Assembly (NCBI RefSeq): GCF_006345805.1
Contig: NW_021835455.1
Location: forward strand, 1 to 39,837
Direction: 5' to 3'
Origin: Octopus sinensis
Taxonomy: Eukaryota
Length of the DNA: 39,837 nucleotides
The translations under genes were made by a program, and so were the position numbers. How positions within the stretch are numbered: the first letter of the stretch is position 1; every line of letters begins with the position of its first letter. Positions 22,370 through 33,893 of this stretch are shown piece by piece. Under the pieces are notes generated by a model. The model saw only the letters and a list, made by a program, of their open reading frames with translations. It ran no database searches and was not told the DNA's origin.

Positions 22370-23857
22370 CTCCCAGTTTTCAAAAAAGGAAACAAATCGC
22401 TTGCCGTGAATTACCGTCCAGTCTCAGTCACCTCTCATATCATCAAGGTATTTGAGAGGGTGCTGAGATCGCGTATGACTCACTTCCTTGAGAGTCATAT
22501 GCTGAACCCCAACCAGCATGGATTCCGTAATGGGAGAGATTGCCTGACGCAGCTACTGCATCATTTTGATGACATGTTGAGAGCCTTGGGAGAAGGTTCC
22601 AACACTGATGTCATCTACCTTGATTTCAGCAAGGCCTTTGACAGGGTTGATCATAAGATCCTTCTGAGAAAGCTGTCCAATATTGGTGTCACTGGAAAGC
22701 TGCTGCAGTGGATCAAGTGCTTCCTGTCTAACAGAACCCAACATGTTGTAGTCGAAGGAGTCAATCCAGCCCAGCCAAAGTCAGCAGTGGTGTCCCACAA
22801 GGCACTGTGTTGGCCCACTTCTCTTCATCATCTACATAAATGATATTACTGACACCATCAAACACAGTAACATCAGAACCTTCGCTGATGATTCCAAGCT
22901 CCAGAAGGTCATCAATGGCGTGGATGACCGAATAAACCTTCAGTCAGACCTACTGGCTGTTGTCCAATGGGCGGAAAAGAATAACATTTTGCTAAATGAA
23001 GACAAATTCGAACTGATCCACTTTGGAAGGGAGGACACTCTGAAACTCCCATACTCTCTTCCTTCTGGAGAAATTCTCATGGCATCCAACAACATCAGAG
23101 ACTTGGGAGTAACAGTGGACAACAACATAAGCTGGGCTACACATATAAGCAGCAAAGTTGACATGGCCCGCAGAATGTGTTCCTGGATTCTCAGAACCTT
23201 CCAGTCGAGAGATTCCCACGCTATTATCCTTCTCTTCTCCACTTTTGCCCGACCCCACCTTGAATACTGCTGTCCACTGTGGTCTCCCTACACAAAACAA
23301 AATATTATGAGAATTGAAGCTCCCCAAGGTCAATCACAAAAAGATAGATGGCATGTCAGACCTTGACTACTGGGGTAGACTAGAGAAGCTGAAATTGTAT
23401 TCACTCCAACGACGCCGTGAACGCTACATTATCTGTATGATGTGGAAAATATTCCATCAGCACTGTCCGAATGATTTTGGCATCACCTTCAAAATACATC
23501 CAAGGCTTGGACCACGTGCCATCCGTCCACAAAAAAAATCTAAATCGCATCACATACACATAACAATACGGCCACCTATTTCACCTCTCATTGGACCCGC
23601 TCTCTTCAACATTACACCAGGACACGTCAAAAAAGAAACTGACCACACAAATTCAAGAAGTCTTTGGACAAATTCCTTCAAACAGTACCGGACAAACCAC
23701 CCACACCCGGATATGTCTCCGCAAACAATAACTCTCTGCTCGAATGGGCCTTGGTGCCCAAATCCTGAACTGAAAGACTTCGCCAGGTGGTGCTATTAAG
23801 TTAGACATGGCCTGGGCCAATACTGGCCAAAACCTTTCTAAGTTATTCTAAGTTATT
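22365..23857 (+). mobile_element. 5'-truncated CR1-group (Jockey superclade) LINE, frameshifted RT
   Basis: [57 protein letters not shown]; (TTCTAAGTTA)2 tail; flanked by TA tracts. Confidence 0.93.
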
Positions 23858-24052
23858 TATATATATATATATACATGTATATATACATATATATATGTAC
23901 ATATACATATGTATATATGCATATATACATATATATATGCAAATATATATATGTATATATATACATATAAATAGATGAGTGTATTTTTACCTTGTTAACA
24001 ATTAACACGGAAAAATAAATAAATAAAGGGCAGCAAACTCCATTTTTTATTC

Positions 24053-24108
<56 letters not shown>

Positions 24109-24200
24109 GTATATATACATTTATGTACTTATATGTATATATATATATATATACACATATACACATATATACATATATATATACATATGAATCTATATAT

Positions 24201-24523
24201 AATGTTCGTCCTTCGGTTCGAAGATGACCAACTGACATCATCTGATGGAACCATCATCTGATGGCTGTCCCTGCTCCCACGGTGATTGCGCTGCGCCAGG
24301 ATGAGCGGTTGGCAGCAAGTGTCTCCCAGGTCTCTGTTCCGATGGAGAAGTCTTTGAGAGAGACCTTGAGACTATCCTTGTAGCGCTTCTTCTGCCCTCC
24401 GACTTTGCGCCTGCCCTGGCCGAGTTCACCGTAGAAGAGCTGTTTTGGGATGCGAGTGTCGGACATGCGGGAGACGTGGCCCGCCCATCTCAGCTGGGCC
24501 TTGCGCATGATTGTGATGGTGCT
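24201..24523 (-). mobile_element. RTE-BovB-like LINE 3' fragment
   Basis: [42 protein letters not shown]; 3' end GGTCATCTTCGAACCGAAGGACGAAC; in a TA tract. Confidence 0.92.
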
Positions 24524-24682
24524 ATATATATACATGTATATATATGCACATATATATACATATATATATGCGTATATATATATGTATATGTATATATACA
24601 TTTGTATGCTTATATATATACATATCTATATATATATATTTATAGGTAAACAGTTAAATTATACAGACATGGACAAGACATG

Positions 24683-25040
24683 AAACACCACAGAGACGAC
24701 ACAAGAACCACAGGACGGGACATCGAAGCCCTCAGTCATCAGTCAAGAACCAATCATCTTAGCAATTTCGGCTGATTAATCTTGAGATTGCTCCGATATG
24801 GCCAGCCCGCCAAGGGAAATCTAAGCCAGCGCATTAGATCCCCTGAAGAAAGCTTCGATGTATACAACGAAAGGACAAAACGATCGAAGTACACAAACAA
24901 AAAACAGAATACGTGACACCAATAAGAATACAAAACGTAAAAACAATAACGGTAAAAATAAAAAATAAACAACAAAACAAAACCAGACGTAGGACAAGGG
25001 TCTTTCGACAGCGACGATTTAGTAGGGGCTGGCTTGTGAA
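24683..25040 (-). mobile_element. Diverged member of the 20.4/21.1-kb repeat family (opposite orientation)
   Basis: CGAAGCC.TCA.TC.TCAGTCA..ACC.AATCATC.TAGCAATTTCGGCTG...GGCCAGCCC..CAAG...CTAAGC...GCATTAGA is shared with the reverse complement of 20570-20730. Confidence 0.65.
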
Positions 25041-25189
25041 GTTATACATATATATGTATATATACACATATAAATATACACATACATATGTGCAGATGTA
25101 TATACACATATATATATATGCATACATATATATATATGTGTGTATGTATATATACATACATACATAATATATATATAGTGTATTGTTTC

Positions 25190-25530
25190 CCAACCACATG
25201 GTTCCGGGTTCAGTCCCATTGTGTGGCACCTTAGGCAAGTGTCTTCCACAGTCGCCTCGGCCCGACCAATGTATTGTGAGTGAATTTGATAGATAGAAAC
25301 TGAAGGAAGCACGTGGTTTGTGCGTGTGTGTGTGTGTGTGTGTGTTTGTTCCCCACCACCGCTTGAAAACCTGTTTTAGTATGTTTACGTCCCCATAAAC
25401 CAGCAGTTCGCCAAAAGAGACTGATAGAATAAGTACCAAGCTTAAAAAGTAAGGTGGTAGATTCATTCAACTAATATTCTTCAAAGCGGCGCTCCAAAGT
25501 GGCCCTGCTCTAATGACTGACACAAGTAAA
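25190..25530 (+). mobile_element. SINE family S1, degenerate
   Basis: CCAACCACATGGTTCCGGGTTCAGTCCC...GGCAAGTGTCTTC...GATAGAATAAGTACC. Confidence 0.85.
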
Positions 25531-25564
25531 AAGAATAAAAATCACACAACGTTCTTACACATAA

Positions 25565-25700
25565 TTTCAATCTTCCAAATCCACTCTCAAGGCATTGGCC
25601 GGCCTGGGGCTTAAGTAGCAGACATACGCCCAAGGTGCCGCTCAGTGAGACCGAACTCAAAACCACGCGGCTGCGGAACGAGCTTTTTGACCATACAGAC
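25565..25700 (-). mobile_element. SINE family S1-related head fragment
   Basis: CCAAATCCACTCTCAAGGC...GCCCAAGGTGCC...GAACTCAAAACCAC. Confidence 0.65.
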
Positions 25701-25721
25701 ATGTCTACTTATATTATTGAA

Positions 25722-26575
25722 TGGGGTGGGAGTGATAGTGATGGGATCCCTCTGATTCGGGAGGACCCCTGGGGATAATCAAGGAACCCCCACCATCCAA
25801 GACCACCCTGAGTACCAAGGACGAGAGCCCACTCCAACTTCTTTCTTCCGACTCACAGGTCTATACTGAGAGTGGTACCATTCACTCTTACCCTTTTTGC
25901 AACGTTCACCCACCTTTTCATAAATTCACTCGGGGACAGCACCTCCCTCTCCATCCTCACTTTCCTTTTCAACTGAAACTTGAAAAAGTCGATGAGGGCT
26001 TTACCCAAGAGGAAAGTTTCTGTCCTCATTTCTTTCAGCCTTGTCCACCAGACAACCTCTTTCTCCACAGCCACAGCCTCGTCCACAACCACCAGACAAA
26101 TGAAAACTGCCTTGCCAGCCTGATTAAAGGAGGGCGGTGAGGCAGTCATCATTATGGACTCGAACGACAGATAGATCTGTCCTACACGCGATTAAGAAAA
26201 ATCCTTCTTCAAAGTGGTTGTGGAGTTACATCTAGCTTCTCTTCCGTCCCAAATCTCATCATAATTGTTCCAAACTTCTTTCCTCGGGTGATGTGGGTCT
26301 TTTCTTCCCACACGCGCCCAAGCCATTTTTGTACTTCGCTCTCAGGAGCATTTTCTACCCGCCGAGACTTGATTCCGATGTAAAGGTATGTTAACGAGCA
26401 TCTCGTTATATTTTCTGTCACGTCCAATGAAGGGTTTAGAGCGACCCTTCTTCTATCGCTTTTTACAATTTTTCTTGCTAATTTTAATGCTTCTTCATCT
26501 TTGTGGAAACTTTCAATATTTCTCGCCACTGACGCAAAATATGCAGAGAGAAAATTTGCGTTTTTATGTTTCATT
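25722..26575 (-). mobile_element. L1/Tx1-like LINE remnant: putative ORF1 start fused to ORF2 C-terminus and 3' UTR
   Basis: 25853-26190 encodes ...KAVFICLV..KEVVWWTRLK...FFKFQLKRKVRMERE...FMKRWVNV, resembling L1/Tx1 ORF2 ends; the 26209-26574 ORF is assigned as ORF1 only by position. Confidence 0.55.
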
Positions 26576-26632
26576 TCTTTCGCATTGTTGCTGTTGTTGT
26601 CGTCTTCTTCTTCTTCTTATTATTATTATTAT

Positions 26633-27186
26633 TGAGTGAGAGAGCAGTGCATGCCATCAAAGTGACACTGGGGTAAAATATACGAAGCCCAGTATACCCT
26701 TCATGACTACCCGTCTGATATGGGTACACCAGGCACATGCATCACAACCATATGTGCGCGACAGGGTGATCTCATATCAAGATAAACAGCAAGGACCTTG
26801 GAGGTGGGGGCCCAGTTAGAATTTTCTTCTGGTCGAGTAACCCATCCCGCTCAAAATGTCCCTGAGTAAGGGTTGTTTAAGGATTTTGAACGAAACACCC
26901 ATGTTTCCAGAGGTGAATTATTCAAACCCAAAGAATTCCTCTCAACACATGGCTATGATGCTCCCCCACTATTTCTGCTCGTGATCAGAGATGCACATAT
27001 CGTCAGCCACTAAGGGACATGCTCAACTGGTTAAGGTCAAACAACTGACAAGCAAATCTGTGGTATTGAACAGAATATTTGCTGTAGCCCATCTTTTATA
27101 CCAAGACAAAACAATGTACATGATAACACTTCCAATCAGTAAAGATCAGAAGCCATGAGAACCACTGCCTGGTACTGCATCAGGGC

Positions 27187-27189
<3 letters not shown>
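26633..27189 (-). mobile_element. ~550-bp non-coding TAA-associated element, copy 3 (longest)
   Basis: Homologous to 3008-3547 and 3572-4093; (TAA)n on both sides in element sense. Confidence 0.88.
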
Positions 27190-27248
<59 letters not shown>

Positions 27249-27249
<1 letters not shown>

Positions 27250-30200
27250 TTTTTTTTTCTTCTTTCAAATTTTCTTCCATTTCTTGCCGAGTGTCTTCCC
27301 GACTCCTAGGGCAAAGAAACTCATAGTGTATATTGGTAGGCCATTAAACCAAACTCAGTAGTTCGTTCATTTTTTTTTTTTTTTCTTTTTTAAAGTTAAA
27401 TTAAAATACATGAGCAGCAACAGTTCTCACATCGACAATGCTCTTCTCAATACGTGTGATGTACCAGTTAAGACAATCTTTTGCACTTCTTGCAGGGATG
27501 GTAAGCCAGGGATCATTCTCATATAATTTTCGGTTCCCTTCTTGATCATTCCTAGTGCTCCTACGATCACTGGTATTGTAACCGCCTTGAGATGCCACAT
27601 TTTCTCAATTTCAATGAGTAGGTCTTTATGTTTTCTGAGCTTGTCAAACTCTTTCGCTGAGATATTATGATCACAGGCGATGCTCATGTCGATCAATAAG
27701 CAAACTTTATTGTTTTGGTCTTTCACAACAATATCTGGTTATTGGCCTTGATGGTTCGGTCTGTATGTACTGGAAAGTCCCACAGAATGGTTACATTTTC
27801 TCCTTCAGTTACAGCCTCAGGGTGGTGATTATACCACTTGTCGGCAGTTTTGATATTGTAATGCCGACTTATTAGCCAGTGGAGATATTGGCCAACTCTG
27901 TCATGTCTTAATTTATACTCCACTAGTGCTAAAACTTTACATCCAGAGATTAGGTGGTCCACTGTTTCAATCATGTCGTTGCAGAATCGGCATTTTGGGT
28001 CTGCTCCATTTTTCATCACATTGGCCTGGTAGTTCCGGGTTAATAGGCTTTGGTCTTGAGCAGCCAGGATGAAACCTTCGCTCTCTGCTTTTAGCCCTGA
28101 GCTCCGCAGCCACTGATGGGTTTGCTTCTGGTCAACATCATTGTTTGCTGCGGGTCACATATTGCCGTGCAGAGGTTTCTCCTCCCACCTATCAGCCAAT
28201 TGCTCGTGCGCTTTTTTCATTGCCATCATTTTCACCTTCTTTGCAACAATAGTTGCCGTACTTCCCTCAGGTTGTTCAGTTTGGGTATCCTGCACGAGAT
28301 CAATAGCAATTTTTTGCTTTCCTTGATGATAGAATGAAACTTCTTTCGTCTCTCGTGATTTTCACGAGCTTTAGCATCCTGTCATTCGATATTTCGAGAT
28401 ATTTGGCCAGTCCAATTGTGGTGTTGTTTTGTAAGCTAGTTCAAATTGGATCAGGCCTCGACCTCCTTGGGCTCTGGGAAGGTAAAGGCGATCTACGTCT
28501 GCCTTTGGGTGGTGCATCCTATTACAACTCAGCAGCTTGCGTATTTTTCTATCTATATTCTTTACTTCACTCATATTCCAGTTCAACACATTGTAGCTAT
28601 AAGTTACGACTGGAACTGCTAAGGAATTTATAGCTAACACCTTGTTACGTGCATTTAGTTCAGATTTCAGGACTGCACGAACTCTCCTATAACATTCCTT
28701 CCTGATTTTCTCTTTCATGCTTGCATGCTGAATACCAGAGCCTTCATTTATCCCTAAATATTTGTATGTCTGTTCTTGCTCAAGCTCTCTTATGACTGTC
28801 TCAACATCTAACACGACTGAATTTGTGGTCTTCACTTTCCCTTTCTGGAAAGTGGCCTTGGCACACTTCTCAAGTCCAAACTCCATCCCGATGTCATCGC
28901 TGAATGCTTTCACGGTGCGCAATAGGCCTTCAAGTTCATTATTGTCTTTACCATAAAGTTTTAAGTCATCCATATAAAATAGATGGCTTATTTTTTTATT
29001 GGCAATTTTATACCCATACCCTGTTCTGTTTAATTCACTTGTAAGGGTATTAGGGCTATGCAGAATATTAAAGGTGAAAGTGAGTCACCTTGAAAAATTC
29101 CACAGTTGATGTTTATATTTTCTGAGGCAAGTACTCCATTAGAGTGGTATAATTGGAGATTCGTATTCCACAACGACATATTGTGCTTCAGGAAGTTTGA
29201 AATCACAGGGGAAATTTTGAAGATGTCCAGCGATCTCAAGATCCATGGATGCGGTATACTGTCGAAGGCCTTTTTATAGTCAATCCATGCGGTGCTGAGA
29301 TTTCTGCGCTTGTTGTGACAGTTCTCAAGGATCATACGATTGATTAGCAGTTGATCTTTGCATCCGTAAGAGCCTCGGCGGCACCCTTTTTGTTCAATGG
29401 GGAAAATATCGTTCTTCTCCATGAATGCATATGTTTTCTCCGCCAGGATAGATGTTAGGATTTTATACGTGGTGGATAGACAGGTAATAGGCCGATAGTT
29501 TTTTGGAAGGTTGGTTTCGTTATTCTTTGGGAGTAGGTAAGTAATGCCACTTGCTAACCATTCAGGTGTTTTCTTTGGGTCTCTCATAATTCCATTGAGC
29601 AGCTGAACTAGCTTACCGTGTGCGCACGGGAGCGATGCGAGCCAGAAATTCGGCACCCTATCTTAACCGGGGGATTTCCAATTATGGGCCTTCGTGAGTG
29701 CCTTTCTTAGGTCTGCTATTGTGATGTCTTCCCATGCTTGTTGTTGTAAATTTTGGTAGGATCCTTCAGTTTGTATAATCCAGTCTGCATTTATGTTGTA
29801 CGTCTTCTTGTCACTCCAAATCCTTTTCCAAAAGTTTTGAACTTCTTCCATGGGAGGGGGGTCTTTAACGGTTACTTTCTCCTTCCCTATTTCTCTGTAG
29901 ATTTTTTTGGCATTGGATGTGAACAGCTTATTTTGCTTGTAAAACTTGTTTCTCTTCTCAAATCTTCGTATTCTTTGGGCTTTTGCTTGGACTTTTTGTT
30001 TCAGCGTTTCTTTTATTGATATCAGTTCTTCTCTTGGTGAGGATCCAAATTTTCTCTTCATCTTTCTTCTGTTCTGGATCTTACATCATTTCCACATATT
30101 AGTTCATTTAATATTGATATTTCCCCTCTCATAAATTCAATCTCTTTCAATTTACTTCTCCAGGTTTGATTTCTTCCCAGGTTTTGTTTTCTTTGTTTTT

Positions 30201-31216
30201 TCGGGGGCATACAGCTGGTTTCAATTGCCCTAGCAGAAGCGTAAATAATTTCATTTAACTCAGTAAAATCAGGTTTTAATTCTCGTATTATTTCATTTGT
30301 TACATAGTTGCCAATTGGATTTGTTTTTTATTTTGGTTTGTATTTGAGAGTTTATGAAGCGCGGTTCTCTATCATTCATACTTGTATGTCTTACAACTTC
30401 AAGCGTATTCAGGATTTTCTGCCTCATTTCTGCCATAGACTCTCTGTGTTCTTCAGCAAATGCGAGATCTTCAGTTACTGTTTGTTTTTCGTTTTCCTGG
30501 CTATCTTTAACAGGTACAATAGAATTTCTTGTATCTTCAGGCCTTGCGTACTTTGGTCAGATGGCAGTCTTTCAATTAAGCCTCGTGGCGGGCTATACTG
30601 TTCATCTGATTCTTCATTTCCTTTGTGTCTTATATTTATGTCATTTTCCGTTGCGTGCTTGATCGCACTTATTTCACTGTCTGTGAGTCTGTTATTTCTA
30701 AAGATATCCCTCCTCAAATTTGCTAATTTGTTCTCGTCCAAATAGGGCCTACTGTCTTGATTCCGTGTTCTCCATATACTGTAAGAGTTTGCGGGTGTCT
30801 CTCTTGAGATGGCCTACCTAATGCATAGTAATAAGCGTATATTACTTCTTTATACTCTTCTCGGGTCCATTTGTTCCGCTTACATTTTTCTTTCTGTGGT
30901 GGTTGGTGGTGGTGAACTTGGAGGGCTCGAGTTGGGGGATTTCCCGTTCAAGTGACCATCCATGTCCGTATTCGGAGAAGAGTTTGTGCCAGTTGATAAC
31001 TTTTCGATCCCAGGCTGGCTCTTCCCTGGGGGACGCGCTTCCAGATTAACCATAGGACAAGCGATTTGGTATACTGATTTAGTTTTCCTTTTAGTTTCCA
31101 AAAACATTTTGGTGCTACGATAATTTTATCATTTTTTAGCTTTGATTGGCTCGTGGGGAGACGGCCATCATTGCCGTTATAATTATAATCGTACCATTAT
31201 AGCAGCCGTAGTCGGC
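27249..31216 (-). mobile_element. Full-length (~3.97 kb) R4/Dong-like RLE non-LTR retrotransposon, family A copy 1
   Basis: N-terminal KWTREEYKEVIYAYY motif, HNWKSPG, NYRPITCL, EQKGCRRGSYGCKDQLL, FQGDSLSPL, YMDDLKLY, ILAAQDQ, CRFC..ETVDHLISGC, DIVV..LLIDMSI; TAA repeats at both ends. Confidence 0.95.
27427..31107 (-). pseudogene. Single RT+CCHC+RLE ORF of Dong A1, broken by several small indels
   Basis: Consecutive ORF-track pieces 30880-31107, 30475-30741, 29663-30061, 29030-29656, 28371-28973, 27723-28019, 27427-27726. Confidence 0.9.
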
Positions 31217-31794
31217 TTATTATTGTTATTATCTTCACCATTACCATCACTATCATCATTATCACCACCATTACCATCATCATTATCATCATCACCAACA
31301 CCATCACCACCATCATCATCAATGATATTGTTTTATGTGTAGTCACAGCAGTATCTTATTATTGTTATTCTTGTTTTTTTATCATTATCACCATCACAGT
31401 AGTATCTGTCTGTCTCGTTGGCTGGCTTGGTGGTTATTATTATTATTATTATTAATATTATTATCATTATTATTATTATTCCAATCAGGACTCACGCCAT
31501 TAGCCACAAAGAATAATCGCTAATTCGAGCCTACTCTAAGCTACTAAGAATGCGTATGGCAACTTGAAGATCCACCCACTACACGCGATAGACTGGCGGT
31601 TGCACGGGCGCGAAAGCTACGTTGTTATCCTCATTCCGTAAACGGTGGCTTTTAACGGGTGGAGAGCTGAACCATAATGGGTTACAGAGGATTTTCAATC
31701 TAGACTAGGGTCTGAAAGTTTACCACACCATAGTGTGTTACACAGTAGTTCCTCTGCTTTGTGGCAGAAGTAGGAAGATATGCTGAGAGAAAAC

Positions 31795-31861
31795 CTCGTG
31801 GAGCTTAGATGTTTTTGCTCAATAAACACTCAGAATGCCCGGTCTTGGAATCGAAACCGCG
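31795..31861 (-). mobile_element. SINE family S3 head fragment
   Basis: Minus strand CGCGGTTTCGATTCCAAGACCGGGC...GTGTTTATTGAGCAAAAACATCTAAGCTCC matches 9445-9505. Confidence 0.75.
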
Positions 31862-31869
31862 TGTTGTTG

Positions 31870-32350
31870 TTGTTGTTGCTGTTATTGTTGCGTCACTACT
31901 GCTGCTGCTGTTACTTTTGTTCTCGTTCGCGACGCCGAAAGTTTTGACGTTGCTTAGAGACGAAACATTTTTCGCCTCGGTGACGTCATTAGGTTTAGAC
32001 CATTCGCAAAAGATATTCTCAATTCTTTCCTTGTTCTCAAAATTTCTCGGCATGGAGCGCATTCCTTTATCGAACATTATGATGGCTTCTTTGTCAGCCA
32101 TCTTTAAATAATTACAAGAAATTTCAAAATATTTGTTTTTGCTGAAAGCAGTTAAAATTCAAATAATATTTAAGCGCACCCCCTGCAAATCAGGGGGTGT
32201 TTCTACGCAGTCCAGACAATCTCCGAAATATAATGGTAACAGTAAAAATGAAAAAGCGGGGCCTTAGAAGACCGAAAAGATTACAAATACGTTTTTTAAA
32301 CTTACGAAGCACCAAATTTCCGTGACTTCACACACAATATGGCGGCCATA
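31870..32350 (-). other. Unique CpG-rich stretch; candidate host promoter, 5' exon and coding exon starting MADKEAIIMFDKG
   Basis: YY1-like GCCGCCATATT, donor-like CTTC|GTAAGT, acceptor-like TTGTAATTATTTAAAG|ATGGCTGAC, ~70 open codons of non-repetitive sequence. Confidence 0.3.
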
Positions 32351-32418
32351 ATAATAATAATAATAATAATAATAATTGTAATAATAATAATAATAATAAC
32401 AATAATGATAATAATAAC

Positions 32419-32483
<65 letters not shown>

Positions 32484-32501
32484 TAATAATAATAATAATA
32501 A
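32348..32501 (+). repeat. (TAA)n tract
   Basis: Direct reading. Confidence 0.97.
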
Positions 32502-33681
32502 ACAACCACAATTGGACTGGCCAAATATCTCGAAATATCGAATGACTGGATGCTAAAGCTCGTGGAAAATCACGAGAGACGAAAGAAGCTTCATTCTATC
32601 ATCAAGGAAAGCAAAAAATTTGCTATTGATCTCGTGCAGGATACCCAAACTGAACCCGAGGGAAGTATGGCAACTATTGTTGCAAAGAAGGTGAAAATGA
32701 TGGCAATGAAAAAAAGCGCACGAGCAATTGGCTGATAGGTGGGAGGAGAAACCTCTGCACGGCAAATATGTGACCCGCAGCAAACAAGCTGATGTTGACC
32801 AGAAGCAAACCCATCAGTGGCTGCGGAGCTCAGGGCTAAAAGCAGAGAGCGAAGGTTTCATCCTGGCTGCTCAAGACCAAAGTCTATCAACCCGGAACTA
32901 CCAGGCCAATGTGATGAAAAATGGAGCAGACCCAAAATGCCGATTCTGCAACGACATGATTGAAACAGTGGACCATCTAATCTCTGGATGTAAAGTCTTA
33001 GCACCAGTGGAGTATAAATTAAGACATGACAGAGTTGGCCAATATCTCCACTGGCTAATAAGTCGGCATTACAATATCAAAACTGCCGACAAGTGGTATA
33101 ATCACCACCCTGAGGCTGTAACTGAAGGAGAAAATGTAACCATTCTGTGGGACTTTCCAGTACATACAGACCGAACCATCAAGGCCAATAAACCAGATAT
33201 TGTTGTGAAAGACCAAAACAATAAAGTTTGCTTATTGATCGACATGAGCATCGCCTGTGATCATAATATCTCAGCGAAAGAGTTTGACAAGCTCAGAAAA
33301 CATAAAGACCTACTCATTGAAATTGAGAAAATGTGGCATCTCAAGGCGGTTACAATACCAGTGATCGTAGGAGCACTAGGAATGATCAAGAAGGGAACCG
33401 AAAATTATATGAGAATGATCCCAGGCTTACCATCCCTGCAAGAAGTGCAAAAGATTGTCTTAACTGGTACATCACACGTATTGAGAAGAGCATTGTCGAT
33501 GTGAGAACTGTTGCTGCTCATGCATTTTAATTTAACTTAAAAAAAAAAATTAAAAAAAATGAACGAACTACTGAGTTTGGTTTAATGGCCTACCAATATA
33601 CACTATGAGTTTCTTTGCCCTAGGAGTCGGGAAGACGCTCGGCAAGAAATGGAAGAAAATTTGAAAGAAGAAAAAAAAAAG
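32502..33681 (+). mobile_element. Dong family A copy 2, 5'-truncated (~1.2 kb)
   Basis: ORF 32728-33504 carries an intact CCHC and RLE region; near-identical to A1; between TAA tracts. Confidence 0.95.
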
Positions 33682-33710
33682 TAATAATAATAATAATAAT
33701 AATAATAATG

Positions 33711-33756
<46 letters not shown>

Positions 33757-33800
33757 TGATGATGATGACAATGATAATAAATAATAATAATAATAATAAC

Positions 33801-33887
<87 letters not shown>

Positions 33888-33893
33888 AATAAC
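33682..33893 (+). repeat. (TAA)n tract between Dong A2 and A3
   Basis: Direct reading. Confidence 0.97.

Noticed and set aside
22406-23799. Host reverse transcriptase gene
   Set aside because: Frameshifted, 5'-truncated and ends in a LINE tandem tail; it is a CR1-group copy.
27130-27189. CCTGGTACTGCA and ATCAGT.AAGATC resembling U2 snRNA
   Set aside because: Matches are short and their spacing disagrees with U2; the Sm site and branch-pairing region are absent.
32174-32205. Helitron 3' hairpin
   Set aside because: No CTRR terminus at the expected distance on either strand.
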